Of a stretch of 64,000 nucleotides of DNA, positions 12,634 through 25,392 are shown in pieces. The notes beneath the pieces are model-generated. The model was not told the DNA's origin. It made no database searches and saw only the letters and a program-made list of their open reading frames with translations. The position numbers and the translations under genes were made by a program. Every line of letters begins with the position of its first letter. The first letter of the stretch is position 1. The stretch is from Vicugna vicugna (taxonomy: Eukaryota), in the NCBI GenBank assembly GCA_013265495.1, contig MU057701.1, forward strand, positions 1,178,001 through 1,242,000, read 5' to 3'.

Positions 12634-12858
12634 ATGTGGAAGATGTGAAATTTGTCATCAATTATGACTACCCTAACTCCTCAGAGGATTATATTCATCG
12701 AATTGGAAGAACTGCTCGCAGTACCAAAACAGGCACAGCATACACTTTCTTTACACCTAATAACATAAAGCAAGTGAGCGACCTTATCTCTGTGCTTCGT
12801 GAAGCTAATCAAGCAATTAATCCCAAATTGCTTCAGTTGGTCGAAGACAGAGGTTCAG
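12634..12858 (+). CDS. DDX5: DDX5 exon 12
   Basis: tacag|AT GTG GAA GAT...GGT TCA G|gtaaga; encodes YIHRIGRTAR. Confidence 0.97.
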
Positions 12859-13065
12859 GTAAGACCAACCTTTGATAAAAAATGTTGGTAGTTTCGGGTC
12901 ACGTAATTGTCTACAAATCCATTTAAGTGGGATTGGCGGGTGAGTAAAATCTTCAGTGTGGAACAAAGTTTAGAAAATACTTACAGGTAGAGCTGCCTAA
13001 TCCCTTCTGTGTTAGTAATGATTTCAGCCATGGAAGTAATCGGTTTGCAACTTTTCTCTTAACAG

Positions 13066-13469
13066 GTCGTTCCAGGGGTAGAGGAGGCATGAAGGATGAC
13101 CGTCGGGACAGATATTCTGCGGGCAAAAGGGGTGGATTTAATACATTTAGAGACAGGGAAAATTATGACAGAGGTTACTCTAGTCTGCTTAAGAGAGATT
13201 TTGGGGCAAAAACTCAGAATGGTGTTTACAGTGCTGCAAATTACACCAACGGGAGCTTTGGAAGTAATTTTGTGTCTGCTGGTATACAGACCAGTTTTAG
13301 GACTGGTAATCCAACAGGTACTTATCAGAATGGTTATGATAGCACTCAGCAGTATGGGAGTAATGTTCCAAATATGCACAATGGTATGAACCAACAGGCA
13401 TATGCATATCCTGCTACTGCAGCTGCACCTATGATTGGTTATCCAATGCCAACAGGATATTCTCAATAA
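13066..13469 (+). CDS. DDX5: DDX5 exon 13, coding part
   Basis: aacag|GT CGT TCC AGG GGT...TCT CAA TAA. Confidence 0.97.
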
Positions 13470-13748
13470 GACTTTAGAAGTATATGTAAATGTCTGTTTT
13501 TCATAATTGCTCTTTATATTGTGTGTTACCAGACAAGATAGTTATTTAAGAAACATGGGAAATGCAGAAATGACTGCAGTGCAGCAGTAATTATGGTGCA
13601 CTTTTTCGCTATTTAAGTTGGATATTTCTCTACATTCCTGAAACAATTTTTAGGTTTTTTTTGTACTAGAAAATGCAGGCAGTGTTTTCACAAAAGTAAA
13701 TGTACAGTGATTTGAAATACGATAAATGAAGGCAATGCATGGCCTTCC

Positions 13749-13754
13749 AATAAA
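13749..13754 (+). terminator. DDX5: DDX5 proximal poly(A) signal
   Basis: AATAAA 280 nt after the stop codon, followed by U/GU-rich sequence. Confidence 0.75.
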
Positions 13755-15101
13755 AAATATTTGAAGACTGAATTAAGTGGAAATGGTACTTTATTTTACA
13801 TATATGATGTCATGTAAAACTTGGCTTAGATGGTTGGTTTTTGTTTTGTTTTTGTTTTTTTTTTTTTGAATCATAAATAGACTGCTCCTTTTCATAATAT
13901 AGTTTTGGAAAGTGGGGAGATCAGAAGGCCCTTCTTAACAGTGATCTATTCTTATGGCAAGGATTAAAATGTGGTTGATTTTAGGTTAAACAATTTTAGG
14001 CTAAACTGCATAAAGGTTTTCTGTCAGTACCTCCCAACATCAGGTGAGTCATCTAACTGTTAGAATGGTGAAATGAGATACTAGAATATAATAGGGAATA
14101 ATTAACTGTAGCCCCACGCACAGACTGCTTAGTGTGAGAACATGGATGACTTTGTTCCTTTTGCAAAATTTGTGATTTGGAAATCTCCAAATTAACTTCA
14201 GGAGATGATACTTAAGCTCTTGGCTGTATTGTGAACTATAGAAATACTGAACAGTCAAAAGACTACCGTTTAAGATGGTTCGCCAAGAGCTAAATTTGAA
14301 TTTGTTTTTAGTGCTGACATTATAGAAGTGCTAGTCTTCACAGGCTTCCTAGGGCTCTTAACTGAGGTCACTCTGGGAGTCATGAATGTCCAGTAATTCA
14401 GGGAACTCTAGAGGACTTCAAACTGTAAGGTCTGTTCTTACTCAGATGAATGCAAAGGAAAAACTTTAATGGTTAAACTGGAGGAAGCCATGTTACGAAA
14501 AGCACAGTAACTATAATACAGTTCCTTTTGTTAGGGTCAACGTGGGTTTTTTGCTAAGAAGATTTACAACATGTAGCTTTAGATTTAACTTGGGCTCACC
14601 AACCTTTCTGATCATTTTAATGATGACTAGAAGTAGGCTTGAACATCTTCCCAGTGGGTCTGATACATATATTTTTTTTTTGCAAGGAGAGGAGGTGTCT
14701 TCATGAGGTTTCATTTAAATTCCAATTATTAAACAGGCTTTAATTGGTGTTAATGCCTTATCTCAAATATAAAACTAGAATTTTTCTGGGGCAGGATAAG
14801 GAGTGGTATTTTTAGGACTAATAAATTGAAAACTGGTTCAGCTCCTAGTAATTGAACAGTTTTCAATAGCATGATTAGTCAAATTCACTATGACTTTTAA
14901 AAGAAGCTTTTGGGGTAGGTTGGAGTATTTATTACATATTTTACTGTTTAATGTCTTAACATGAGCCTTTTAATTTGTAAGCACATTGAAATGATTGTGG
15001 GGCTGTGGAAAACATTTATCTATTTACCTTTGAAGTAAATTTTAAAAGACAGTCCACTTTTTAGCATGTGTGTTGTGTCCAGCCTGTGGTTGTCTTTAAC
15101 T

Positions 15102-15107
15102 AATAAA
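15102..15107 (+). terminator. DDX5: DDX5 distal poly(A) signal (long 3' UTR)
   Basis: AATAAA followed by GU-rich ttgtgtgt; last such signal with a clear downstream element before the POLG2 promoter. Confidence 0.6.
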
Positions 15108-16188
15108 TGTGGTTTTTCTCCCCATTCTCTCTCATTTATTTGTGTGTAGGCCTCCTCCCTGGTGTTTCCTGGGTGTGGAAAACACATAAACGTTGCTTAG
15201 CTTTGCAGTTAATACGTTACTTTACAGCAATAGTGTCTGACTTTCTGGGGCTTTTTGTTTTTGTTGTTTTTTGCAAACACTTGCACACATTCTTGCATTG
15301 AACAATTTTCTGAACCTTTCCTTTGCCAGTTTAGACGTGATGAATTTTAACTGTCTCCATATTCTGATAATTCAGTTGCTAAACTGCTACTCTAAATAAA
15401 CTGCCTCTTCCAGGTAGTCTAGCGGAAAATAGTAGTATGGGTTAATCTTTGAAGGTTTCTCTAACCACTTAAGGGGAAGCTGAAAGTGAAAATCATGAGC
15501 TTTGGAATGAGCCATTTTCCTCCATTTGGACTGTACCACTTTACCACTGTTTGGGCAATTTTCTAAAGGGCTCTAAGTGTTAAAATGGAGATGTAAAGTC
15601 GCAAGCTTGCTAGGGAATCCGGGTCTCCGTTTTAAACGGGTTTTCACATTCTGTTGCATGTTTGGAAGGGTCGCCTGGCAAAACAACTGGCTTGTTAACC
15701 GGTGCTTGGTTTTGTGTGCCTCCGCATTAACCTTGGAGGGTTTAAAACTGCTGGGCCCTTCTCAGCTGTTTGTTCCCTGACGTTCCCAGATGATGGAGAT
15801 GCAGTTGGTCCAGGGCTGCCCTTTGAACACCAATATGTAGAAGGACTGTATTCCATCCCTCCGCGTCACAGCCCCTACCTCACACCTTGCAACCCCCCAG
15901 TAAAGAACAGGACAGCAGCAGCTTCTAAGTAGAGATGCAAGGAAGGCCTGGGCCTGTAAACCGGCATTAACGACTACAACTTTTAAAAGGGGAACCAAGG
16001 TTTCCTTTTGTGGACATTTAGATTGAGGAGGTTTATTTAGATGGTTAATTTGCAGAACACCTAAGTATTTTGATGTCTGACTTGCAGAGAAAAAGGAAAG
16101 GAAGATAAAACTGACTCAATAATGGCAACGGCAGAATAGTGAAAAGCAGATGGGAATGGTACTTACTGGTGTCGATGAGGACAGATAA

Positions 16189-16320
16189 CCAATTAGTGGG
16201 GACCAGGCCCCACTGACGCAAGAAGAGGTGGGAGGCTCGTGGTGGCTGCAGCCTGAACGCAGTGACGCACTTCCGTGGGCGGGGCTGGCCGCACGCACGC
16301 TTCCGTCGCGCCTGCGTGGT
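16189..16320 (+). promoter_or_regulatory. POLG2: POLG2 CpG promoter with CCAAT, CRE half-sites, ETS/GABP (NRF-2), GC box and an NRF-1-like site
   Basis: CCAAT 16189-16193; TGACGCA at 16214 and 16263; CACTTCCG 16268-16275; GGGCGGGGC 16277-16285; GCTTCCG near 16299; CGCGCCTGCG near 16307. Confidence 0.7.
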
Positions 16321-16400
16321 CTCCCCCGGGCGGATGGTTGTGGCGGTGTATTGGGATCAGCCAGCTAATAGGAGAGACGGTGCTTTAACTCCCGAGGGCA

Positions 16401-16965
16401 ATGCGCCCTGGTGCAGCCTTCAGGACCTGCCATAAAGTCTGCAGGTGCCTACTGTCCGGGTTTGGGGGTCGGGGAAATGGGAGACAGCCGGAGCAGTTGA
16501 CTGAAGGAAGCGGCTCCGTCGGAGAGCCCTTGAGGTCGCACGCGGAGCTGCCCCGCGGGAGCGAGCCGAGAGACGCCCCCGAGTCAGGCGGTGAGGGGAG
16601 CGAGGCGCTAGTGGACATCTGTCAGAAAAGGCATTTCTTCAGTGGCATCAAGCGGCAGCTGAGCCGAGATTCTCTTCTGAGCGGGTGCCACCCCGGCTTT
16701 GGCCCCTTGGGCATAGAGTTGCGGAAGAACCTGGCGGCAGAATGGTGGTCTTCGGTGGTGGTGTTCCGGGAGCAGGTCTTCCCGGTAGACGCCCTCCACC
16801 AAGAACCCGGCCCTTCGCTGACCGGGGACCGTGCCTTCAGGTTAGTTTCTGCAGAAGCGCTACGGGAAGTCTTGCAACAGAAAGATCTGAGTAAGGAACA
16901 ACTAGTAGCATATCTTGAGAACTTACTAAAAACTTCTGGGAAGCTACGGGAGAACCTTCTTCACG
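16401..16965 (+). CDS. POLG2: POLG2 exon 1, coding part
   Basis: ORF from 16401: [16 protein letters not shown]...RENLLH G|gtatgc. Confidence 0.96.
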
Positions 16966-18109
16966 GTATGCTTCACGATTTCATGCTTCAAAATAAGTGT
17001 TGGGGTGGAAAAGCAGTCTCGCTCGATTCCGGAAATTGCAAGGGCCCTTTGTTTATGGGGAAAGGAAGTTACTTGGTTCTCATCTTGAAGTAGATGGGTT
17101 TATTGACAGTGCTGCTGCCCTGGAGAAAACTGGTTCATGGGACCGTTACTGTTCCTTAAAGAATCTGGCCCAAGGACCTGATAACGCTCTCGGTTTCACA
17201 GGGCAACCCTAGAATTTTGCAGTTTAATTGAGCAGCCTTAGTATAGGACCATGTGTTTAAATTGAACCGTGTGTTTGAATTATTTGTTCTTTGTTACTAA
17301 AATGCTTATAAATACTTACACAGTTGAACGGCTTCAATTTTACAAACTATAGACTAATCAAGAGCTCATTTTTTCTAGAGCAAAAAGAAAACGCCCTCCG
17401 CCATTTTTTCTTACCGAAAACTGATCTACAATCTGTTGTTTGAAGAGCCCTTTAGGTAATTTTTAAGTTGACAGAATAATAGGACTATTCAAGCTTTGTA
17501 AGTGATTCTTGAGTGAGTGTTTGTAGGGCACCATATGCCTTTAAAGTCAAACAACACATGATAGCAGAGATTCTGAAAAAAAAAAAATTCAGGTTCTTTA
17601 CAGGACAGACTTGCTGCCACAGCGTCTCATCTTTGCAAAAGCTATCCTTGCCATTTTTCATTAAGCCATTTTTTATGAAGTAATTTAAAATAACCAGTGT
17701 CTGTGGTTCTCTGAAAATTAGTACCTATGTTGTGACCTTTTAAATATTTAATTAATAAAATAAAGCAAACCTAAACTAGTGAGTAAATATGACAGTTTTG
17801 ACTTGTACTATTTTAATTATACCACGATGGTTTTACTTTGGAGGAGTTAAATCACTGGTCATTACCGTGTCCCCAAACAAATCAATCTTTTCTTCCCTAT
17901 TAGAAAATGAAACGTAGTTCTCTTAGATTCATCAAAGCATTTATTCATGTGCAAGACATTTTCTTGCCTTTAAGAAACTTAAATCTACTTATTTGCCAAA
18001 TCTTTAGGTTGTCTAGTGTTTTAGCGTCTAAGTACCAGTTTGCTATTTTTTTCTCTGCCCACTGCCCTTGCCCTCTTTATTTCATGTCTGAATTACTGTG
18101 GTAGCCTCT

Positions 18110-20270
18110 ACTTAGGAATGGTTTTTTAAAATTCTCAGCCATTATGTCTTCAAATATTGTTACTACCCCATTCTCTTTCTTCTGTCCTGCGACAAATTAC
18201 ACATACATTAGGCTCCCCACCTCCATCTTGCTATCAGCTTTCTTGAACACATTAATCACATTTTAAACTATATCTGATAAGTCACATATGTCTGTTTATA
18301 GTATTTGTTTTTCTCTGGGCTTTGGGTCATTTGGACTTTTCTCTTGATATTGTAGGTAATTTGTATGTTAATTGTAGAGATAAGTTGAGGCTGTGGGCAG
18401 CATTTTATTCTACCTAGGAGGGTTTACTTTGGCTTTTGTCAGGGAGCTAGAGTGGGAGCACATCTTCTTAATACAGTCTGGGATTAAGTTTATTGAGGCT
18501 GGGCTTCAGTCTTTATCACTCCACTTCTACTCTGAGAGTGTAGCCCTTTGACTGTCTCCATTGAACAGCTAAGGTGTTTACCAGGGCTCCTGCTCCTTGT
18601 GAGCCAGGAACTAAAAGTTTTGTACTTCCTAGCACCGTACAATGTCTGAAATCTCTGCTTAGTATTTCATCTTCTCATCTCTGCTGCTTCAGATTTTAAA
18701 GCAGCACTAAATATTGCGTTCATCTCTCTGCTCTTCCCTTCTCTCCAGATTTTGGACCCTCAAGTCCTTACTGCCTTGATAGCAATCCCATGTCTTTAAG
18801 CAAAAAAATTTTTTTAAGTTTCTTGACCAGCTTTTCTTGTTATCAACAGCTGTTACCAGAAGTGGAAATCTCAAATCAAGTAATTTTTGAACATAGTGTT
18901 GTCATTTAATGGGCTGTAATCTAAGGAAAGCTATTTCCTATATAGTATAGGATAAAGCAAATAGATTGATGGATAGATTTAATAGGAACCAAGATTTTCA
19001 CTGTAAGAGAAAAGAGATATAAATATTTTTTAAAAGGCAAGGATAGACTTTGAATGTTAAATTTAGGTTGACTATCAGTATGAACTCATGATTTTTTAAA
19101 ATAAATATTTCCTAACTAACTCTTCATTGAAAGGGTCTAGAAGCGATGACGATAGTAATGAGCACAGCTAGTACCCAGAATTTGGTTTCTAAAAGGAACC
19201 AGTGCTTGGATAAATGGCTCATTCCAGGTCTGGAGCAGAGAAAGTAAAGGTGACTTTGGGACTGTTTATGGAGCTAGAAAGCAAAGAATTACTAGAAGAC
19301 TAGTGGGTTTATGTTAAAAGGCCGCAGATATTGACTTGAAAGAGATGTCCACTGACTAAGTTTGGGACAAATTGAATATTAAAGTAAATATTGATGGTAA
19401 TGGATCTGAAGACATTAAGTAAAATTAAAAATCTAATCCATAGTGTTAAAAAATAAGTAATTGTAGCTGCTGGTAGAAGGAGGAGGTGGAGAAAGTTGAT
19501 GGTTTTACAGAAGCTATGCAATAAATGTAGAAGGAAAGATAGATTAGAAACATCACCATTTTATGATTTTTGTAATCCCCAGTATAATAATCAATTCAAA
19601 CAAGGACTATCCATGGATTCTAAAATATTGGGTGGAAGATGGGGAATGGATGTTCACTACCTTAACTAGGTGATCAAGTCTGGTTTCATTAAACGTGAGA
19701 TAATTTGATATTATGTTCCTCCTGATAGTATGCAGTAAGACATACATACATACCAACTGGGTAGTATTTATTCCTGCTAAACAATGATTAGCCCAAATTA
19801 AATCATAACGAATCATTCAGACAGATCTAAATGTGCAATAATCTATCACTGGTCTGGGCTCATATCAAAAGTCAATGTCATTGAAAGCAAAGTTAGAAAG
19901 AGGAGTCAGGGAGAATATGCTAGAGTCGAGGTGATTAAAGAGACCTAATCAAAATGCAGTGAATTGACCGTACTTAGGGAGAAAGAGAATAGCAATAAAT
20001 GGCATTTTGGGTGACAATTGGAGAAAATAGAGTATCGACCATATGTTAGATGAAAGTTTGATATGATTAATTTTATAGTGCAATGGTGTACAGAGAATAG
20101 TTTTAATTTTACGAGGTGTATGTTGGAATGTTCTGGGGTGGACAAGAAAAAAAATGTGGCAAAATGTTGACAATTGGCGAATCTAGGTAAAGGGTTAACA
20201 GATATTTATTGTACTGTTCTTCAACTTTCTTGTAGATTTGAAAATCTTCAAACTAAAAAGCAGGGATAAA
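18110..20270. mobile_element. Old L1 (L1M-type) fragments in POLG2 intron 1 (approximate)
   Basis: Degenerate L1-like motifs such as ttctcagccattatgtcttcaaatatt and atgtggcaaaatgttgacaattggcgaatctaggtaaagg. Confidence 0.55.
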
Positions 20271-20434
20271 GTACCTAAAATTAAGTAGTAGTCAATTGGG
20301 ATCTGCCTTAATAGCTCCATGCTACTGTACTTACTGCTGTGTTAGCATTATACTATTCATTTGTCTATAAATTGACCAAAACGATTCGGGTTTATAGAAT
20401 ACATTTACATGATGATTGATTTATCTTTTGACAG

Positions 20435-20561
20435 GTGCCTTGGAGCACTATGTTAATTGCCTGGATATGATAAACAAGAGGCTACCTTTTGGCCTTGCTC
20501 AGATTGGAGTGTGTTTTCATCCTGTTTCTGATACTAAGCAGACACCTGATGGTGTTAAAAG
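20435..20561 (+). CDS. POLG2: POLG2 exon 2
   Basis: gacag|GT GCC TTG GAG CAC...GTT AAA AG|gtacac. Confidence 0.95.
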
Positions 20562-20675
20562 GTACACAAAAAATGGGCAGATAACTTGGCCTTGTATTTA
20601 AACAGTCACTTTCACTTTGGGATAGATTATATAATTTTCAAATAACTGATTATCTGATATTTCTGATATCCAAAG

Positions 20676-20781
20676 AATCGGTGAAAAGACTGAAGCTTCA
20701 CTGATATGGTTTACTTCGGCAAGAACTGCAAGCCAGTGGCTTGATTTCTGGTTACGTCATCGACTTCTGTGGTGGAGAAAG
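20676..20781 (+). CDS. POLG2: POLG2 exon 3
   Basis: caaag|A ATC GGT GAA AAG...TGG AGA AAG|gtacta; encodes [16 protein letters not shown]. Confidence 0.95.
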
Positions 20782-21580
20782 GTACTACAATAATTACCCC
20801 TAATTTAATCATGAATAGGCAAATTGTCTCAGTGTGTCAGAAGTAATACTTCTCTATAATAAATGAAATTTTATAGACATAGCTATGTTATATTTATGAG
20901 CTATAATAAATTAGCAAATACAAATAAAAAACTCTTTATAATGATTTTCATTGTTCCATAAAACAAAGTTACTTTGATAAAGACATTTGTTGATCTCTCG
21001 TCTTGCTCAGAAACTTGTATTGGTAAGACTTTACATTCTAAGTAAAGTTCAAACCCCCCACAGTCATTCATGACTGGCGTAGACTCTGACCCTTGCCCAT
21101 TCATACAGTTTTAGCGTTTGCTCCCCACCTCCACGAACTCTCCATATTAGTCAGATGGTTCTATAATTTACATCAAGTTTTAGGGTATGTTGAAAAATGA
21201 AGGAAGCATTTTTGTCTTGCCATTGTCTTATTTCTGTAACTCTTAAAATCCCCAAACACCCACCTAAATGGAATGATAACAATCAGGTTCTTCACAGAGG
21301 GATAAGAATGGTGAACATGTGATGCTCTCTTCTTTATCCCGCTTGGTTCGTGGTTCCTTCCCCTGGTATCACCACAGAAAGGCTAGATAGCATCAGCACT
21401 TTTTCTCTGTACTTCTTTCAGATAGAAAAACAATATTTTTAGCAGTACATTTACTCGTATTTAATTGAACTTAATTTTTGTTTGGGACTTGACCAGTTTT
21501 ATTCAGTTGCTGCAGGCAACTTTAGTTTTTAATGTTTATTTTAATAAATTAATAAGACAAACTTAAATTTTCTTTTCCAG

Positions 21581-21754
21581 TTTGCCATGAGTCCATCTAA
21601 CTTCAGCAGCAGCGATTGTCAGGATGAAGTGGGCCGAAAAGGAAGCAAACTCTACTACAATTTTCCCTGGGGAAAGGAGCCAATAGAAACCCTGTGGAAT
21701 CTAGGAGATCATGAACTTCTACACATGTATCCCGGAAATGTGGCCCAATTACAT
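21581..21754 (+). CDS. POLG2: POLG2 exon 4
   Basis: tccag|TTT GCC ATG AGT CCA...TTA CAT|gtacgt. Confidence 0.95.
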
Positions 21755-21809
21755 GTACGTTTTACCTTGAGCTCCTTTGTGTCCTCTACCCAGATTCTCT
21801 AACTGTGAT

Positions 21810-22560
21810 CATTTCTGAGCCAGTTGAGAGTAAACTGTAGACATGGTGCCCCCGATCTCTTAATACTTCAGTATGTACATCTCAAGGACAAGGTCTCACC
21901 TACATAATTGCAATGCACCATCAAAATCAGGAAAGTAACAGTAATCCACTATGACCATCCAATTCACAGAACCCTTCAAATGTAACTAGTTATTCCTATA
22001 TGTGCTTCATAGGTCCAGGGTCCAATCTAGGATCATGTATTTCCTGTAGTTTTCATGTGTCCTTAGCCTCCTTTGAATGAACCATGCTTTTTACCTTTCC
22101 TTGTCTCTAATGACCTTGACATTTTTGAAGAGTACAGGCCAGTTACTTTGTAGAATCCCTCCGGTTTGATTTTTCTCTCATGTTTCCTCATGATTTATGT
22201 GTTTTTGCTCAGAATGTCATAGAAATGGTGCTGCTCTCTTCTCAGTGTATCATATTAGGAGGCATATGATACCAGTTTGTTGCCAGTGATGTTAACTTTT
22301 ATCACTTGGCTAAGATGATGCTACCAGGTTTCTCCAATGTAAGGTTGAGAAGTATTTAGTACTTACTAATTGGTGAGTAATTAATGTCTTTTGTGGGCAG
22401 ATACTTTAAGACTTTGTAAATAACCTGTTTCTCACCAGATTTTGACCTACGAGTTGCAGCATCCATTGATTCTTGCCCAAATCAGTTATTACTATGAGGG
22501 TTGCCGTATGGTAATTTTTTATTGATTTCATCATTCTAGATTTACTTATCAGTTTATATT
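21810..22560 (-). mobile_element. Old L1MC-like 3' fragment (approximate)
   Basis: gaccttgacatttttgaagagtacaggccagttactttgtagaat and gatgttaacttttatcacttggctaag are typical L1MC motifs. Confidence 0.6.
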
Positions 22561-22585
22561 CTGATTATATGAATCTAAAATGTAA

Positions 22586-22890
22586 TTTTAAACAACAAAA
22601 GCAAAGCATAAATACAAAACAGAAATAGACTCATAGACACAGAATACAAACTTGTGGTTGTCAAGAGGGCGGAGGGTGGGAAGGGATAGACGGGATTTCA
22701 AAATTGTAGAATAGATAAACAAGATAATACTGTATAGCACAGGGAAATATACACAAGATCTTATGGTAGCTCACAGAGAAAAAAATGTGACAATGAATAT
22801 ATATATGTTCATGTATAACTGAAAAATTGTGCTCTACACTGGAATTTGACACAACATTGTAAAATAATTATAAATCAATTAAAAATATAT
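22586..22890 (+). mobile_element. Young lineage-specific L1 3' end (5'-truncated)
   Basis: acagaaatagactcatagac...ctgtatagcacagggaaatatac...A-rich tail; TAAAATGTA on both flanks. Confidence 0.8.
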
Positions 22891-23244
22891 AAAATGTAGG
22901 ATATAATATGCTTGCAACTATTTTAAAATCACGCATGTGCTTAGATAAGGCAATGGGCACATTTGCTCTATAGTCAAATTAACCAAGGTTTGGATCCCAG
23001 CACTGAAACTTCCCAGCAGTGTTATCTTGGATAATTCAACCTGTGCAACTTTAGCCAGGTTAATAATGTGCTTATTTTGCCTCTATATAAAATGGAGTAA
23101 TAGTAAATATGATATTTTGTGAAAATTGTGAAAATTCCATGAGACAATGCTCAAGAGAGCTAATAAAAGTGTTTTACCTTTAAAAAAAATGTAATTTTAA
23201 GAGACAGTTTTGCTAAATACTTTTTGTTCTACTTTTCTGTGAAG

Positions 23245-23385
23245 GGCCGAGATGGACGAAAAAATGTGATTCCTTCTGTTTTATCTGTAAATGGAGATCT
23301 AGACCGAGGCATACTGGCCTACCTCTATGATTCGTTCCACCTAACAGAGAACTCCTTTACAAGAAAGAAACATCTTCATAGAAAG
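23245..23385 (+). CDS. POLG2: POLG2 exon 5
   Basis: tgaag|GGC CGA GAT GGA...AGA AAG|gtgctt. Confidence 0.95.
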
Positions 23386-24359
23386 GTGCTTTTTGATATT
23401 TCATAGATAGACTTGGGAAACTAAAAATATATATTTCTCCCCCCTTTTCTATCTTAGTGTAATTGGTTTGTAACATAAACTCTGAGTAATAAATTTTTAG
23501 GACAAGTAATTTAAGTATTTTTCAGTTTTTTTTAGAATCTGGCCACAGGAATAGTAAGCAGGTTCTCACAGAATGGAACAAGGAGTCCCTGTTGGGTAAT
23601 CCCAGGGCCGTTTCTGTTTGATCTTGGGCCACTAGACAGCTGTCTTGGATTCTTAGCCCCTGAGGCTTTCTATTAATGGCTTCCATTTGTGTCAGAAGCT
23701 GAGCATTAAGCAGGAGTAAGACAGACCAGCAAGACTTGTGGTATTGATCTCTCTGCTTCTGATCTGACCCCAAGTGGTTGATCACTGGATCACAGAAGCT
23801 AGACATAGTTCTGGTCAAGGGAAAGGCTTATTTTAGGATGTGCAGTTTGAGCATTTTTATGGGCTTAAAATCAAGAGAGAGGGTTGAAGCTCTAGGAGAG
23901 AAATGACTCATGGAGCAAGATTTTTGAACAGGCAGGAAGGATCAAGACAGAATCAAGAACACAAGTGGGGGGATTTATCTTAGAAACGAGTTAACTGAAA
24001 CAGCAGGCAGGAAAGAAACAATGGTATAGATATAAATAGGCTACCAGTGTTGGTTAGCCCGTAAAGGAAGTTTTACTCATATCCTCTGTTTTCTTGGAGA
24101 ATTGGGAAGCAAGATTATTAGCTTCAATTGTGGCTGAGTAGGGGTTTAAGTGGCAAGAGTTTAGAATAGTCACATTCCCCTTGAATATGAAAAGAAGTTT
24201 TCCCAAATCAAAAACTGTAACACGTTGAGTGCTCAGCTGGGGTCAGACACCATGAGTTTGTAGCCCTACTCTGCATAGTGATCTGTTATGCAGCGCTCGT
24301 TTAGCCTGGTGTGGCCACTTACAGAATTGTTCTGGGGGTTGGGATTTACGAGGTGTGTA

Positions 24360-25040
24360 TAGCAAACGAACAAGCAGATCCTTTCTTTTGCTTATACCCC
24401 ACATCCAAACCATCAGCAAAACCTATTTGACTCTATCTTCAAAATATATCCTGAATCTGACCATTTCTTACCACCGCCACTGCTTCCACTCTGATGTAAA
24501 CCATGATAATCCCCCTGCCCCCCTCACTGAGTGGCCCTTTTAAAAGGAACATGCTCCTCATCTCACTCAGAGGAAAAGCCAAAGCCCCTGAAATGTTTTA
24601 CAGACTCTCCTTTTTGACCTTCTACTCCTTTCCACCTCACTCAGTCTACACCAGCAGCATAGACCTTGTTTCTAGAACATGACAAGCGTGCTCCCAGCTC
24701 ACAGAATTGTCATTAGTTCTCCCCTGTGTCTTGAATGCTCTTCCTCGAAATCCACATGTATTGTTCTTCAACCCCCTTTCAAGTCTTTGCTCAAATGTCA
24801 CCTGAGAGAGAAGACTTTCTCTTACCACCTTATTTAAAATTGCAAACAGCCGTCCCCCCCAACTCAACTCTTGCCAGCACTTCCTGTCTTCTTTTTTTTT
24901 TTAGCACTTACACTTTCAAACATGTTATTTACTTATTTATTTTATTATCTGCTTCTCCCATCGTGAAGGACAGGGATTTTTGCCCCCAGCACTTTGAACT
25001 GTTTCTGGTACCAAGTAGCCATTCAAATGTTTGTTGGATG
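24360..25040 (+). mobile_element. L2 3' fragment (approximate)
   Basis: ccacatccaaaccatcagcaaa...cttcaaaatatatcctgaatc...tcaaatgtcacct; ends in aatgtttgttggatgg. Confidence 0.7.
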
Positions 25041-25060
25041 GATGGATGGATGGATGGATG
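25035..25060. repeat. (GGAT)6 microsatellite
   Basis: Read directly; lies at the L2 tail. Confidence 0.9.
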
Positions 25061-25392
25061 TGTAGAGTGATAAGTTCTGGCAAGAGAAAGTGATAAGCCA
25101 TATGGCCCAGGCTGGGAAGGGAAGGCAGTAATGCCAGGAAGGGTATTTTGTCTAAGAGAAAATGGGAGAGCATCAAGTAAACTTATTTCTGCAGAACATC
25201 TAATTGGAGAAATCTATGAGCAGCTGAATATACTCGCTGATACGTCATTACATGATTTTTTATAACCTCAGCCAGCCTCCATTCACACAGAAAATTTTAA
25301 CTGTTGAAGAAGCTCCATATTTGTTAGTGCTTGTGTTATATTTAAACAAGATATGCTTCCCTTTTTTCCCCCCTCTCTTTAAATTGTTTTAG

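Noticed and set aside
13059..13466. 135-aa antisense ORF, and a 97-aa alternative-frame ORF at 13096..13389
   Set aside because: Shadow frames of DDX5 exon 13 with no independent promoter or splice evidence
16966..17093. C-terminal 42 aa of the 230-aa ORF 16401..17093
   Set aside because: Read-through into POLG2 intron 1 past the G|gtatgc donor; similarity to POLG2 resumes in exon 2
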